DNA of 29,949 bases from the IMG/VR virus record IMGVR_UViG_3300032318_000522, positions 1 through 29,949 of that record. The stretch is one strand, 5' to 3'. Below, piece after piece: positions 1 through 9,006 of this stretch. Within the stretch, counting starts at the first letter, position 1. Each line of letters starts with the position of its first letter. This stretch comes from a virus (lineage: Duplodnaviria > Caudoviricetes). Made by a program: the position numbers and the translations under genes. The notes beneath the pieces are model-generated. The model saw only the letters and a list, made by a program, of their open reading frames with translations. It was not told the DNA's origin and made no database searches.

Positions 1-345
1 CGACCGGCCATCAACCGCGCCAGGTGTGCCGCTATAGCTCAGGCTCCGCAGCACCGTCAGCTGACCCGAGCCCATCGTCACCGTGCTGCCAGTCTTGGTC
101 GCGACTGCCTGCCAGAACCATGTCCCAGCATCGAACCCCGTGCTGGTGCCCGCGGCAATCGTGAACTCCCACCCGGTTCCGTAGGCAGTGCCGACCACTG
201 TCGAGCCTTCGCTTGCCGTGTTCGTCCTCAGGTAGTACGTCAGCGTGTAGTCAGAACTGCTGATCGCGTTCCCCAAATTGTCAGCACCAGGGACATCCCG
301 CCACTGGATCGTGTCGCCTGCCCGGATCTCGCTAGGGATGTTCAC
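1..345 (-). CDS. Putative head-tail joining/head completion protein (gpW position), runs off the left edge
   Basis: Read manually: GTG at 345, 3 nt after the terL stop, open to base 1 (MNIPSEIRAGDTIQWRD...GAVDGRS). Function inferred from position after terL only. Confidence 0.6.
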   Translation of the reverse strand, partial: MNIPSEIRAGDTIQWRDVPGADNLGNAISSSDYTLTYYLRTNTASEGSTVVGTAYGTGWEFTIAAGTSTGFDAGTWFWQAVATKTGSTVTMGSGQLTVLRSLSYSGTPGAVDGRS

Positions 346-348
346 GGC

Positions 349-2226
349 CTACCAGTTGCTGACAAAGCCAGTGGCCCCGGTTGGGGTCTGCTGTTTCGAT
401 CTTAGCGGCTTCTTCTTCTTGCCTGCTCCCTCCAGCCTTTTCTCCAGCTGGTCCCACATCGTCCGCCGGTCATAGCGCTGGTACATCCGATTAAGCGCCG
501 CGTATGCGTAGACCAAGCAGTCGAGCGCCTCATTCCGCGCGCTGGGTTTCTTCACCCACTCGCGCACCGGGAAGCCCTTCACGTACCTCAGCGCCTGCTT
601 CTCCGCCGTCAGCTGCTCGAAGTATTCTGCGCCCGTCTGCGCATGGAAGTGCAGATAGCCAGGGCCGCGCTCATTGTGCTTCAGCCTTCCGAACAGCGTG
701 GTCTTCACCGTGTCACCACCTACCGGGAACACGGCCGCGCCGCGCTTCAGCGTCCGGCCTTGCGCGTTGATGTCCACCTTGCTGGCCTTGCCGATCGGCG
801 GCTTGCCTCGCTGGCTCTGACCCTTGATCGCAATCACACCAGCTCCAGCGCGCTCGCGTGCGTACTGATACACCTCCGCCGTCGCGTGGCCGCCGGAGTC
901 GATCGCCACCACATCCGCGCGCAGCTTGCCGCCGCTCACGTGTTCCCAGTCGTGCAGCACCAGCAGGTCCAGCTGCTTCCACACCTCAGGCCGGCACGGG
1001 TCACCGTGGATCTCTTGGTGGTCAATGAGCCAGCCTTCCTCATCGCGGCCCCAGGCCCACACGCTCACCGCCAGCCGATCACCGGCCGAGCCGCCGCCAC
1101 CCTGCACGTCAACGCCGATCGTGACGGCCAGCGCGCCATCAGGCAGCACGCCCGCCTTGTACGGCTCGCAACGTTCCAGCAGCACATCCGCGCTCACCTT
1201 GCTGGCAAAATCTTCCTCCCACGTCTCGGCCAGCCGCGTGTTCACAAATGACTTCAGCATCGGCGCGTCGGTCTTGGCCCTGAGAAAGTCGTCCACCATG
1301 TCTGCCCAGCTCAGCCAACCGAGCGGGCTGTAAAGACCCGACAGCTGGAACCCAGCGGTCTTGCCATCGCTCGGTGCCGTCGCGCGCCACTCGCCGCGGC
1401 GCAGCATCGCCGGCTTGTGGATCTCAGCGAACCGCTCACGGCACACCTCGCACTCATACGACGCGGTGGCCGGGTCGTTCTTCTGCCAATTCAGCTGCGG
1501 CCACTTCAGCCACTGCATCGCATCGCAGCAGGGGCACGGCACATAGAACCGCCGCTGATCGCTGCGCTCATACTCCGCCTCAATCCGGCTGAACTCCTTC
1601 ACCGTCGGCGTGCTCGTGAGCAGGATCTTCCGCCGCGCGAACGTCGTCGCCCGCTTCTCCGCCAGGCTCACCGGGTCGCCTTCACCGTCCACGTCAGCAG
1701 GGAAAGCGTCGATCTCATCGCAGAAGATGTACCGGCACGGCGTCGAGCGCAGACCCACCGCGCTGTTACTTCCGGTCAGCAGCATCATGCCGCCGGCAAA
1801 CTCCTTGCTGAACATCGTATTGCCTGAGTCCCGGCTGCGCGATGGCGCGATGCGCTCGCTCAGGCATGGCGTCTCGCTGATCAGACTTTCAAGCCGCTGC
1901 TTGCTCAGCCGCTTTGCCATCTCCACCGTCGGTTGAACCAGCAGCATCGGACCAGGCGCGTGCGCGATCACGTAGCCCAACCAGTTGCTGCCGCACTCCG
2001 TCTTGCCGGTCTGCGCCGCGAACATCATCACCACCCGCTGCACTGTGCTGGTGGTGCTCAGGCAGTCCATCGGCTCCTTAAGGTACGGCGTCCGGTTGGT
2101 GCGCCACGGGCCTGGCTCCGCGCTTGCCTTGCTGCTCAGCCGCCGGTGCTTGTCAGCCCACTCGCTCACCGTCAGCGGCTGCTCAGGCCGCAGCCCGTCC
2201 ATGAATGCCGCGCGCCAGACGGTCAC
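349..2226 (-). CDS. terL: Terminase large subunit, lambda gpA family
   Basis: 625 aa. LTVSEWAD and PGPWRT N-terminal motifs, Walker A AQTGKT, Walker B IFCDEID, STPT coupling motif, CPCC/CEVC, nuclease motifs GVDVQ, IDSGGH, NEALDCLVYA. Confidence 0.97.
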   Translation of the reverse strand: MTVWRAAFMDGLRPEQPLTVSEWADKHRRLSSKASAEPGPWRTNRTPYLKEPMDCLSTTSTVQRVVMMFAAQTGKTECGSNWLGYVIAHAPGPMLLVQPTVEMAKRLSKQRLESLISETPCLSERIAPSRSRDSGNTMFSKEFAGGMMLLTGSNSAVGLRSTPCRYIFCDEIDAFPADVDGEGDPVSLAEKRATTFARRKILLTSTPTVKEFSRIEAEYERSDQRRFYVPCPCCDAMQWLKWPQLNWQKNDPATASYECEVCRERFAEIHKPAMLRRGEWRATAPSDGKTAGFQLSGLYSPLGWLSWADMVDDFLRAKTDAPMLKSFVNTRLAETWEEDFASKVSADVLLERCEPYKAGVLPDGALAVTIGVDVQGGGGSAGDRLAVSVWAWGRDEEGWLIDHQEIHGDPCRPEVWKQLDLLVLHDWEHVSGGKLRADVVAIDSGGHATAEVYQYARERAGAGVIAIKGQSQRGKPPIGKASKVDINAQGRTLKRGAAVFPVGGDTVKTTLFGRLKHNERGPGYLHFHAQTGAEYFEQLTAEKQALRYVKGFPVREWVKKPSARNEALDCLVYAYAALNRMYQRYDRRTMWDQLEKRLEGAGKKKKPLRSKQQTPTGATGFVSNW

Positions 2227-2765
2227 TGCACCACCTCCTGCAGCGCCAGCAGCGCGTCCCGGTGCTCATCGCTCAACAGCTGGTGGATCACCGACGGGTC
2301 AGTCTCACCCGCCAGCTGGTGGCTGAGCCGATCGGCCAAGTTGCTCAGCGCTTCGCGGATGCTGCGGCCCATTTGAAAGGCGTCCTTCTTCACCTCATCC
2401 GCCGGCACCAGCTCGCGCCGCTGCTGCGCAACCTGCAGCTTGCTCAGCTCCGCCTGGTAATGCTCTCGCCGTGCCCGGCTTTCATTCAGCTCAGGGATCG
2501 CGTCATCCGGCAGCGACTCGATCGCACGGCGCAGCTCCATCGGTGTCCGCGGTGCTGGCGCCTCGATCGGATCCGGCTGGCTCACCTTCGCGTTGTAGGT
2601 CGCCTTGGTGTTCCGGTTCCATAGCTCCAGCGCCAGGTCGCGGTCGAGCCACCGCTTCCCGTCCTTCTCCACCACCGCCGCAGCAATGCGGCTCTTGGTG
2701 GCTGCAGTTACGGTCCCTTTAGCGCAGCCTTTCAACAACGCAAACTCGGTAAACGTGACCAGCAC
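2223..2765 (-). CDS. terS: Terminase small subunit (Nu1-like)
   Basis: N-terminal HTH-like segment, ESRARREHYQAEL...RELVPADEV coiled coil typical of Nu1-like proteins, GTGA overlap with terL. Confidence 0.85.
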   Translation of the reverse strand: MLVTFTEFALLKGCAKGTVTAATKSRIAAAVVEKDGKRWLDRDLALELWNRNTKATYNAKVSQPDPIEAPAPRTPMELRRAIESLPDDAIPELNESRARREHYQAELSKLQVAQQRRELVPADEVKKDAFQMGRSIREALSNLADRLSHQLAGETDPSVIHQLLSDEHRDALLALQEVVQ

Positions 2766-2784
2766 TGGGGTTACGTGCTTTTAC

Positions 2785-2967
2785 AGTTCAACAAAATCAT
2801 AGTGAACTGATTGAACTTTCAAACGGCTGGGGATCCCATGGCCGTTTTTCTGAGCTGGTTCCCGTTTGAGAATGATTCTCATTAACGCTAGATGGATGGC
2901 GCGATTCGCATATACCCGCAAACCTGGGCTTTCTGAGGACCCATAAACCGGGGTAGGTAGGGGGGGG
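2785..2967 (-). other. Candidate cos packaging site (cosQ-like GGGTCCT, cosN-like segment, repeated TGAACT boxes)
   Basis: Minus strand reads GGGTCCT(2942-2936)-CAGAAAGCCCAGGTTTGCGGGTATATGCGAATCGCG, directly upstream of terS. GGGTCCT is the lambda cosQ heptamer. Confidence 0.6.
2867..2881. promoter_or_regulatory. Perfect 7-1-7 palindrome TGAGAAT-G-ATTCTCA, Fur-box-like
   Basis: Seen directly. Matches the Fur 7-1-7 consensus TGATAATnATTATCA with a symmetric T>G change. Confidence 0.55.
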
Positions 2968-2974
2968 TGCCCAC

Positions 2975-3790
2975 CTAAGCCTTCCTTGCTTGGTAGGCCA
3001 GCTCACGCTCCAATGCAGAGCGCAAGTTGGGACCAAAGGTGTTGCTGAACGTGCTAGAGAGAATCTTGGGCACTGGAAACTTTGCCTTGTACTGGGGCTG
3101 GCGCGTCACATAGAAAGCGGTGTGGAAGCCACGAGGTAGGTTCGAAGTAACCGGCCGTCCGCCTTTGGCGCTGCCAGGTCCACCTGTACCTTTGGGCTTT
3201 TTGCCGAGGCGGGCGTAAATGCCAAAGGGCAGGCTGCCTGGTCGTCCTGCGAAATAGTCGCGCTGGCTGCGCTTTGCCTGCGATCGGCGAGACCCGGACA
3301 CATTGGCGGTGTAGCCCTGCTCGCCCAGTGCCTTGAGTCGGCTGAGCACTTGGGTGTAGGTGCCGCCCGAGAGGTTGCCGAATGCGTTGAGCTTGAGCGG
3401 TGTGACACCAGCCGGCACGATGAAGCTGCCTGACGGAAGCACGCCAGAGGCCACCAGCTGCCGCTCTGATGACTTCTGACGGCGCGCACCACCCGAGATC
3501 ATGGGCTGCAGGTATTTGGCCGCTGGCGTGCCCTTTGAGGCAAAGTCCTTAAATCCGACCCATGCCTCCAGCTTCTTAGGGCTGGCAAACCGCACGAAGG
3601 TGCTGTTCAAGGTCCAAGGCGTTGGTCGATCCACATAGCGGGGTGTCTGTGCCTTGAGGGCTACCTGCGCCTTCTTGGCGCTTTCAGGCATGGCTTTGGC
3701 GATTGCAAACGGCAGCTGCTTGGTCATGGCATCCGTCCACCGGATGGCCTTGGGCAGCTCTGACTTGATGTCGAGGGTGATGTTGGCCAT
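2975..3790 (-). CDS. Putative tail completion/neck protein (lambda gpZ-like)
   Basis: Likely start MANITLDIKSEL at 3790. Basic protein with KQLPFA, DRPTPWTLNS and YLQPMISGGAR motifs recalled from gpZ-like genes located upstream of terS. Confidence 0.55.
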   Translation of the reverse strand: MANITLDIKSELPKAIRWTDAMTKQLPFAIAKAMPESAKKAQVALKAQTPRYVDRPTPWTLNSTFVRFASPKKLEAWVGFKDFASKGTPAAKYLQPMISGGARRQKSSERQLVASGVLPSGSFIVPAGVTPLKLNAFGNLSGGTYTQVLSRLKALGEQGYTANVSGSRRSQAKRSQRDYFAGRPGSLPFGIYARLGKKPKGTGGPGSAKGGRPVTSNLPRGFHTAFYVTRQPQYKAKFPVPKILSSTFSNTFGPNLRSALERELAYQARKA

Positions 3791-3794
3791 GTGT

Positions 3795-4100
3795 TCACCG
3801 TACCCGTGAGAGGCGGATGTGAGGCTTGTTGCTTCGGATGACAAGCAGGCCACCCTCGACTTGATGGACGTGATAGCGGGTGTAAGTGGTGCTGGCGTAG
3901 CGAGTGATGTATGCGCGAATGACCGGCTCAGTGCGGCCTGTGGCATCGACCCCATCGTTCATGGGGATCAGAAACGATTGATCTTGCTCCAGGTTGCCGA
4001 GAGGCCAGTCCGGCTTTGCGTAAGTCTTGCGACCAATCCAGACGGTCCGGCCATCAACCTCGTGGAACACACCCATTAGAGCAACAATGCAATACAGCAA
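3795..4100 (-). CDS. Hypothetical protein (start uncertain)
   Basis: ORF fills the gap, co-oriented, ends 4 nt before the next start. Confidence 0.5.
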   Translation of the reverse strand: MLYCIVALMGVFHEVDGRTVWIGRKTYAKPDWPLGNLEQDQSFLIPMNDGVDATGRTEPVIRAYITRYASTTYTRYHVHQVEGGLLVIRSNKPHIRLSRVR

Positions 4101-4112
4101 CAGCTTACATCA

Positions 4113-4307
4113 CCTGCCAACCATGCCAACCTCCCCCACGTTGGACTTAGACAGGATTTCCAGGTACTCCTCCTCCCTCTCCTCTAAATAAATAAAAGGT
4201 TAGTAGGTTAGTAAGGATAGTAAAAGGACTGCGGGGCAAGGGATCTGCTCCTCCCAACCTCATGTCAGAGGTAGGACAAACACCCATTTGTTCCGACCTT
4301 CCAACCA
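4113..4307. repeat. Iteron-like AGGTTRGY repeats around an AT-rich core; candidate replication origin
   Basis: TGCCAACC at 4115 and 4124, AGGTTAGT at 4197 and 4205, AGGATAGT at 4214, CCCAACCT at 4253, AT tract TCTAAATAAATAAAA at 4183-4197, all at the 3' end of the primase gene. Confidence 0.5.
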
Positions 4308-6302
4308 TGCGCGCTTCTTTTCGTAGCCCAAATCCCGAAGGATCGAGGCCACCTGCATCTGGTCCGACCGACCTTGACGTTCCACGGGTTTGCCGATCGC
4401 CTCGGTCAAAATCAGCTCACTGGTGATGGGTCGGCCGAGGTTGCGGGTGATCCATTCCTGGATCGCGGACTTCCATGGGCTGTCCACTAGGTAGGTTTCG
4501 TTTTCGCGATCGACCAGATCGGCATGGTCGCGGGTGAGGTGGTTGGGTTCCCCAGCGCGGTATGCGGCAACGGCTGCGCTCCAGATGGCGTCACGCTCCA
4601 GCAGCAGGCCATCGACGGGGATTTGCGGTGCTGCGGTGACGGGGATGACCCAGAACCGCCGGTTGCCGGTGTCATCGACTAGGAAGCCGGTATCCCGGTT
4701 GGTGCTGCCGACGATGATCGAGCGCCGGGGGAATGACTCGGTGGTGCGCTGGTACGGCGCGCGGAATAGATCGGTCTGCTGGGTAAGGAATGCCTTGATC
4801 TGGCCGGCGTGCTTCCGGCCAGTGATGTGATCCAACTCGGCCCACTCCATGATCCAGCTGCGGTGCAGGACCATCAGGTCGTCCTTGCTGCCGATGTCGC
4901 GGAGTGCATCGCTGAACCAGAGGCCGCCAAGGTTGCGCCAGAACGTGGACTTACCGCATCCCTGCGGACCCATCAGGACGCAGGCCGAGTCATGCTTGCA
5001 GCCAGGCTCGAAGACGCGCCGGACGGCCGCGATCAGGGTGGCCTTGAGCATGGCGTCATAGAGGCTGCCTGGCTGGTCGGTGGGACGTAGATAGGCCGTT
5101 GAGAGGTGGTCGATCGGCGCCGGTGGCACGTGATCGGCAACGTGCTCCAGGTATTCACGAACCGGGTCGTAAGGGTTTTCCAGCGCAACGACATGGACGG
5201 CATCGGCAGCGAGATCCTTGGTGACCTTGACACCCTGCTGCGCGAGTTTGAGGTAGAAGTGCTCGATGTGCTCGATCGGCTTCTGATCCAGCTCGATTGC
5301 CTTGGTGAAGATGTTCCATCGGAGGGTCTGCCCGAGCTGCTGGCGCAGCAGCCTGAGCAGCTCGTCGGACTCCAGCTTCAGCAGCTTGTCGGACCTTGGG
5401 ATAGGCTTCTCCTGTCCCTGTGGTGGGGATGGCTGTGACTGCCGCTCGGATGTGACGACCGGGCGGCTTTTTTCATGGCCGGCCATGTGCGCGAGGGTGC
5501 CAATGCTGACGCCACCGGTTGAGGCGTTGAAGGTCTTCCACTTCGCATCGCAGACGCCTGACTCGAACTTGCCTGAAGCGGCTGACCAGTGGATCCAGTA
5601 CTGCAGCAAGCTGTCGTCGCCGACACTGTGCAGCGCCATCCCGACCTTGACCCAGGTGTCGTAGTCGTCGGCATCAGCGGCAGGGATGCGGCTGAGGAAA
5701 TCAAGCGCGCGCTGGCTGTCAGGCTCAGGAAGGCGGAGCAGGGGTGTCGGCTCAGGCTGATGCCGCTGCATCTGCTGGAGCAGCAGCGAAGGCGCCTCAG
5801 CAAGGGGGAGATCACCCGGGCTGCGGCCCTTGATCCATCGGTAGGCCCCAGTGATGGGGTGAGCGCCTGCAACGACGGACTGACAGCCAGTCCATCGCAG
5901 TTCCAGCTGCTCGCCCTTGATCGAGCTGCGGAGCTTGGTGGTCTTGATGGTGGCCCAGAAGGGTTCGGGCACCTGATAGATGATCTGAAGCCGGTCATCA
6001 CGACCGGAGGTGACGGCCCATGACTTGGGCAGCTCACGCAATGGTGCGCCGATCTGCTCCAGCACCTCCGAGGCGCCGAGGCCATCGTGATCAACGAACA
6101 GCAAGCCGCCGGATTGCGGACCAGCGACGACACCAACGGCTACGGCACGGCCGGCGTGGATCTCGGTGGCGAGTTGGTCCTTGGTGAGGGGGTGCTTCTG
6201 CCACTCGGGCTGGTATGGACGCTTGTCGTTTCCGACTGCGACCAATCCCCAATGATCGGGTAGCAGGTCAAGGTGATCGACAAGTGGTGGGTGATCAGGC
6301 AT
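4260..6302 (-). CDS. Primase-polymerase (Prim-Pol) + PriCT-2 + VapE-type helicase
   Basis: KRPY..WQ, LLFVDHDG and SVVAGAHP (AEP), YDTWVKVGMALH...WS..SGKF (PriCT-2), GPQGCGKST Walker A, WIMEWAEL, FRAPY, GSTN, DDTGNRRFW (VapE). Confidence 0.93.
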   Translation of the reverse strand: MPDHPPLVDHLDLLPDHWGLVAVGNDKRPYQPEWQKHPLTKDQLATEIHAGRAVAVGVVAGPQSGGLLFVDHDGLGASEVLEQIGAPLRELPKSWAVTSGRDDRLQIIYQVPEPFWATIKTTKLRSSIKGEQLELRWTGCQSVVAGAHPITGAYRWIKGRSPGDLPLAEAPSLLLQQMQRHQPEPTPLLRLPEPDSQRALDFLSRIPAADADDYDTWVKVGMALHSVGDDSLLQYWIHWSAASGKFESGVCDAKWKTFNASTGGVSIGTLAHMAGHEKSRPVVTSERQSQPSPPQGQEKPIPRSDKLLKLESDELLRLLRQQLGQTLRWNIFTKAIELDQKPIEHIEHFYLKLAQQGVKVTKDLAADAVHVVALENPYDPVREYLEHVADHVPPAPIDHLSTAYLRPTDQPGSLYDAMLKATLIAAVRRVFEPGCKHDSACVLMGPQGCGKSTFWRNLGGLWFSDALRDIGSKDDLMVLHRSWIMEWAELDHITGRKHAGQIKAFLTQQTDLFRAPYQRTTESFPRRSIIVGSTNRDTGFLVDDTGNRRFWVIPVTAAPQIPVDGLLLERDAIWSAAVAAYRAGEPNHLTRDHADLVDRENETYLVDSPWKSAIQEWITRNLGRPITSELILTEAIGKPVERQGRSDQMQVASILRDLGYEKKRAWLEGRNKWVFVLPLT

Positions 6303-6305
6303 GGC

Positions 6306-6698
6306 CTATGCGCTCTCGGAGTTTATGGAACAGGTTGGCAGGTTGGAGAGTGCCGCTTCAGCATCTGCAACAGACCGAGCGACAGCAGCGATGCCACCAG
6401 CACCGCGGACGACGCCGATCCATGCCTGCTGCTCGGGCCGTAGCCGGCCGGTGGGGGTCTTGATCTCAATAGAGGTGAACACGGCCAGGCGCTGGCCAAC
6501 CATGTCCGGGGTGACCACCACCGTGCGCCAGCCGATCAGATCAGCTGAACCGCGCGCCAGGCCGAAAGTGACCAGCCGGCCGGTGCGGGGATCGGGCAAG
6601 GAGCCGACCTGGTTGCGGAACAACCGGGCATCAGGGCGCGTGCCAAGCGCGAAGCGGATCTGCTGCTGGAGGGTTGTTTCGGCGTTGGGCACGATCAC
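6306..6698 (-). CDS. VRR-NUC-like PD-(D/E)XK nuclease
   Basis: E..LQ..I, FRNQVG, GSADLIG, IEIKTPTGRLRPEQ..W, GGIAAVARS. Confidence 0.85.
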   Translation of the reverse strand: MIVPNAETTLQQQIRFALGTRPDARLFRNQVGSLPDPRTGRLVTFGLARGSADLIGWRTVVVTPDMVGQRLAVFTSIEIKTPTGRLRPEQQAWIGVVRGAGGIAAVARSVADAEAALSNLPTCSINSESA

Positions 6699-8059
6699 GG
6701 GCGCTGCTGCCGGGCAAAGTAAACGTGCCGAGCCCAGCCAGCGGGGTTCTTCATGCCGCGGGCGATGCCGACCTTGATGAGATCTTCAAAGGTGCGGGCC
6801 TTCTTGCGCTCGGCCACACGCTGGCGGATGCCCTCGCGCTTCAGCTCCTGCAGCTCACCATCCACCTGCTTCAGCTTGCGTGGCGGTGGCCCGCACGCTG
6901 CACCGCACACCGGACACAGTGGCGCGGGCTTGAACGCGGCGAAGCACTGGGGGCAGGTCCGCACTGATGGCGCTGCCTGGCTGCTGCCGCGGGTCTTGCG
7001 GATGCCGTCTTCCAGGGTCCAGTCCCGCGGGTCATCGGGGAACCCGTGGCGGTGGACGTTGCCGACGTGATCGAGGATGACGGCGTGGCTCTTGCCTGGC
7101 GCTGGCCTGAGCACACGGCCGACCTGCTGGAGGTAAAGACCAAGGCTGGCGGTGGGTCGCAGCAGGATGGCGCAGCCTGCGGCAGGGATGTCAAAACCTT
7201 CGGAAACCACGTCAACGGTCACCAGCACCTGCAGCTGGCCGGCAGCGAAATCGGCAACGATCTGATCACGATCGCGTGATTGGCCGAGCAGGGTGGCGGC
7301 AGGGATTCCAGCTGCCAGAAATGACGCTGCGACATGTTCGGCGTGCTGAACTGTGCAGCAGAAGACAATCGCGCGCTGGTTGCCGGCCAGCCGCTGATAG
7401 TGGTCGATGGCGTCCCCGGTGACCGTGGGTCGGTCCATGCGGTTGGCAGCATCACCGCTGGCATAGTCGCCTGCACGCCTGCGCATCCCCGACAGATCCG
7501 CGCGCGGGGTTGGGGCGTAGACGCGGGCACTGACCAGATGGTCAAGGAATATCAGGTCCGCAGCTGACGGACCATGCACAAGGCGGTCAAACAACGTCGA
7601 TAGGCCGCGGCCATCCAATCGAGCGGGTGTGGCTGTAACTCCAAGGCGGAAGGCGTCTGGCCAATGGGCCAGTACGGCGCTCCAGCTGCCTGCGGTGGCG
7701 TGGTGCGCCTCATCAATCAGGATCAGATCCGGGGTCGTGGTGACACGCTCCAGCCGGCGCGCGAGCGTCTGCACCGATGCGATCTGGATTGGTGCAGATG
7801 CACCGGGGATGCCAGCCGCAATGATGCCGTGCTCAACGCCTGCCAGCTGCAGCTTATGGCTGGTCTGGGCGATCAGCTCCCGGCGATGGACCAGGACCAA
7901 GGCGCTGCGGCCGCGATCGGCGAGGGTGCGCATGATTTCAGCCATCACAATCGTCTTGCCGGCACCGGTTGGCATGACAAGCAGTGGGGCGCGTGCGCCG
8001 TCGCGGAAGGCGAGGCGCAGGTCTGAGATGGCCCGGTGTTGATAAGTGCGGAGATTCAC
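6695..8059 (-). CDS. Superfamily 2 DExH helicase with C-terminal zinc finger
   Basis: LRTYQ, MPTGAGKT, DEAHH, TATP, SEGFDIP, QQVGRVLRP, CPQC..CPVC. Confidence 0.95.
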   Translation of the reverse strand: MNLRTYQHRAISDLRLAFRDGARAPLLVMPTGAGKTIVMAEIMRTLADRGRSALVLVHRRELIAQTSHKLQLAGVEHGIIAAGIPGASAPIQIASVQTLARRLERVTTTPDLILIDEAHHATAGSWSAVLAHWPDAFRLGVTATPARLDGRGLSTLFDRLVHGPSAADLIFLDHLVSARVYAPTPRADLSGMRRRAGDYASGDAANRMDRPTVTGDAIDHYQRLAGNQRAIVFCCTVQHAEHVAASFLAAGIPAATLLGQSRDRDQIVADFAAGQLQVLVTVDVVSEGFDIPAAGCAILLRPTASLGLYLQQVGRVLRPAPGKSHAVILDHVGNVHRHGFPDDPRDWTLEDGIRKTRGSSQAAPSVRTCPQCFAAFKPAPLCPVCGAACGPPPRKLKQVDGELQELKREGIRQRVAERKKARTFEDLIKVGIARGMKNPAGWARHVYFARQQRP

Positions 8060-8096
8060 AGCAACGCTAGGAAGTCGGAGTAGGTCATGGCTCGCG

Positions 8097-8140
8097 GCAA
8101 CGTTGCGAACCTAGCAGCATCTGGCCACAAGTGCTAGCAT
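8097..8140. promoter_or_regulatory. Back-to-back extended -10 promoters with palindrome GCAACGTTGC
   Basis: Minus strand TG-C-TAGGTT (8116-8108), plus strand TG-C-TAGCAT (8132-8140), 10-bp palindrome at 8097-8106, at the strand switch. Confidence 0.55.
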
Positions 8141-8163
8141 CCGAGAGCAACCAGCCATCCCCC

Positions 8164-9006
8164 ATGGATAACGCCGACTATCACCGCCACTCGGCGGTCT
8201 CGAAAAGCCACCTCGATCTGGTGGCTCGTAGCCCGCTGCATTACTGGGCGCGCTATGTGGACCCGACACGGGTCGAGCCTGAGCCGACAGCAGCCATGTT
8301 GCTGGGCACCGCGGTTCACACTCACATCCTTGAACTCGACGAATGGACCGCGCGCTACATCGCAGGCCCTGAGGCGCTCGATCGACGCACTAAGGCTGGC
8401 AAGGAAGCATGGGCCGCCTTTGAGGCCGATGCTGCTGGTCGCACGGTGATTAGCCGCAGCGATGCCGACTTGGTGCTGGCCATGGGTTGCGCGGTGCGAA
8501 ATCATCCAGCGGCAGCAATGCTGCTGAAACTGCCGGGCAATGCCGAGACCACGCACATGTGGATCGACGCTGCCACCGAGCTGCAATGCAAGTGCCGGCC
8601 GGATTGGCTGACCACTGACGGCAGCCTGATCGTGGATCTGAAGACCACCGAGGATGCCAGTTCGGCAGGGTTCCGCAAGTCGATCGTCAATTTTCGGTAC
8701 CACGTCCAGGCGGCCTGGTATCTGGACGGCATCGAGCGCGCCACCGGCCGCCGGCCAGAACAGTTCCTGTTCGTTTGCGTCGAGAAGAAGGCGCCGCACG
8801 CGGTCGCCGTTTATGCGGCCGATGCCGAGATGATCGACGCCGGTGCCAAGCAAGCGCGGCTGGATCTTGACACGCTGGCGGTCTGCAAGGCCGCCGACGC
8901 GTGGCCGGGATACAGCGACCAGATCGAGCCCATCAGCCTGCCTGCATGGATGCGGCCCAAGGCTGACGGCACCATGCCCACCATCACCGAAATCGAGACC
9001 TACTGA
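8164..9006 (+). CDS. RecE/exonuclease VIII-like PD-(D/E)XK nuclease (DUF3799-like)
   Basis: ATG 8164 MDNADYH..SAVSKSHL, GTAVHTHILE, CKCRPDW, IVDLKTT, YHVQAAWY, FVCVEK. Confidence 0.92.
   Translation: MDNADYHRHSAVSKSHLDLVARSPLHYWARYVDPTRVEPEPTAAMLLGTAVHTHILELDEWTARYIAGPEALDRRTKAGKEAWAAFEADAAGRTVISRSDADLVLAMGCAVRNHPAAAMLLKLPGNAETTHMWIDAATELQCKCRPDWLTTDGSLIVDLKTTEDASSAGFRKSIVNFRYHVQAAWYLDGIERATGRRPEQFLFVCVEKKAPHAVAVYAADAEMIDAGAKQARLDLDTLAVCKAADAWPGYSDQIEPISLPAWMRPKADGTMPTITEIETY

Noticed and set aside
2950-2967. G-rich tract as a G-quadruplex
   Set aside because: Irregular runs. More simply part of the cos-proximal sequence, and untestable here.
3791-3955. N-terminal extension of the 326-aa ORF call
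   Set aside because: Overlaps the upstream ORF. ATG at 3790 fits operon spacing better.
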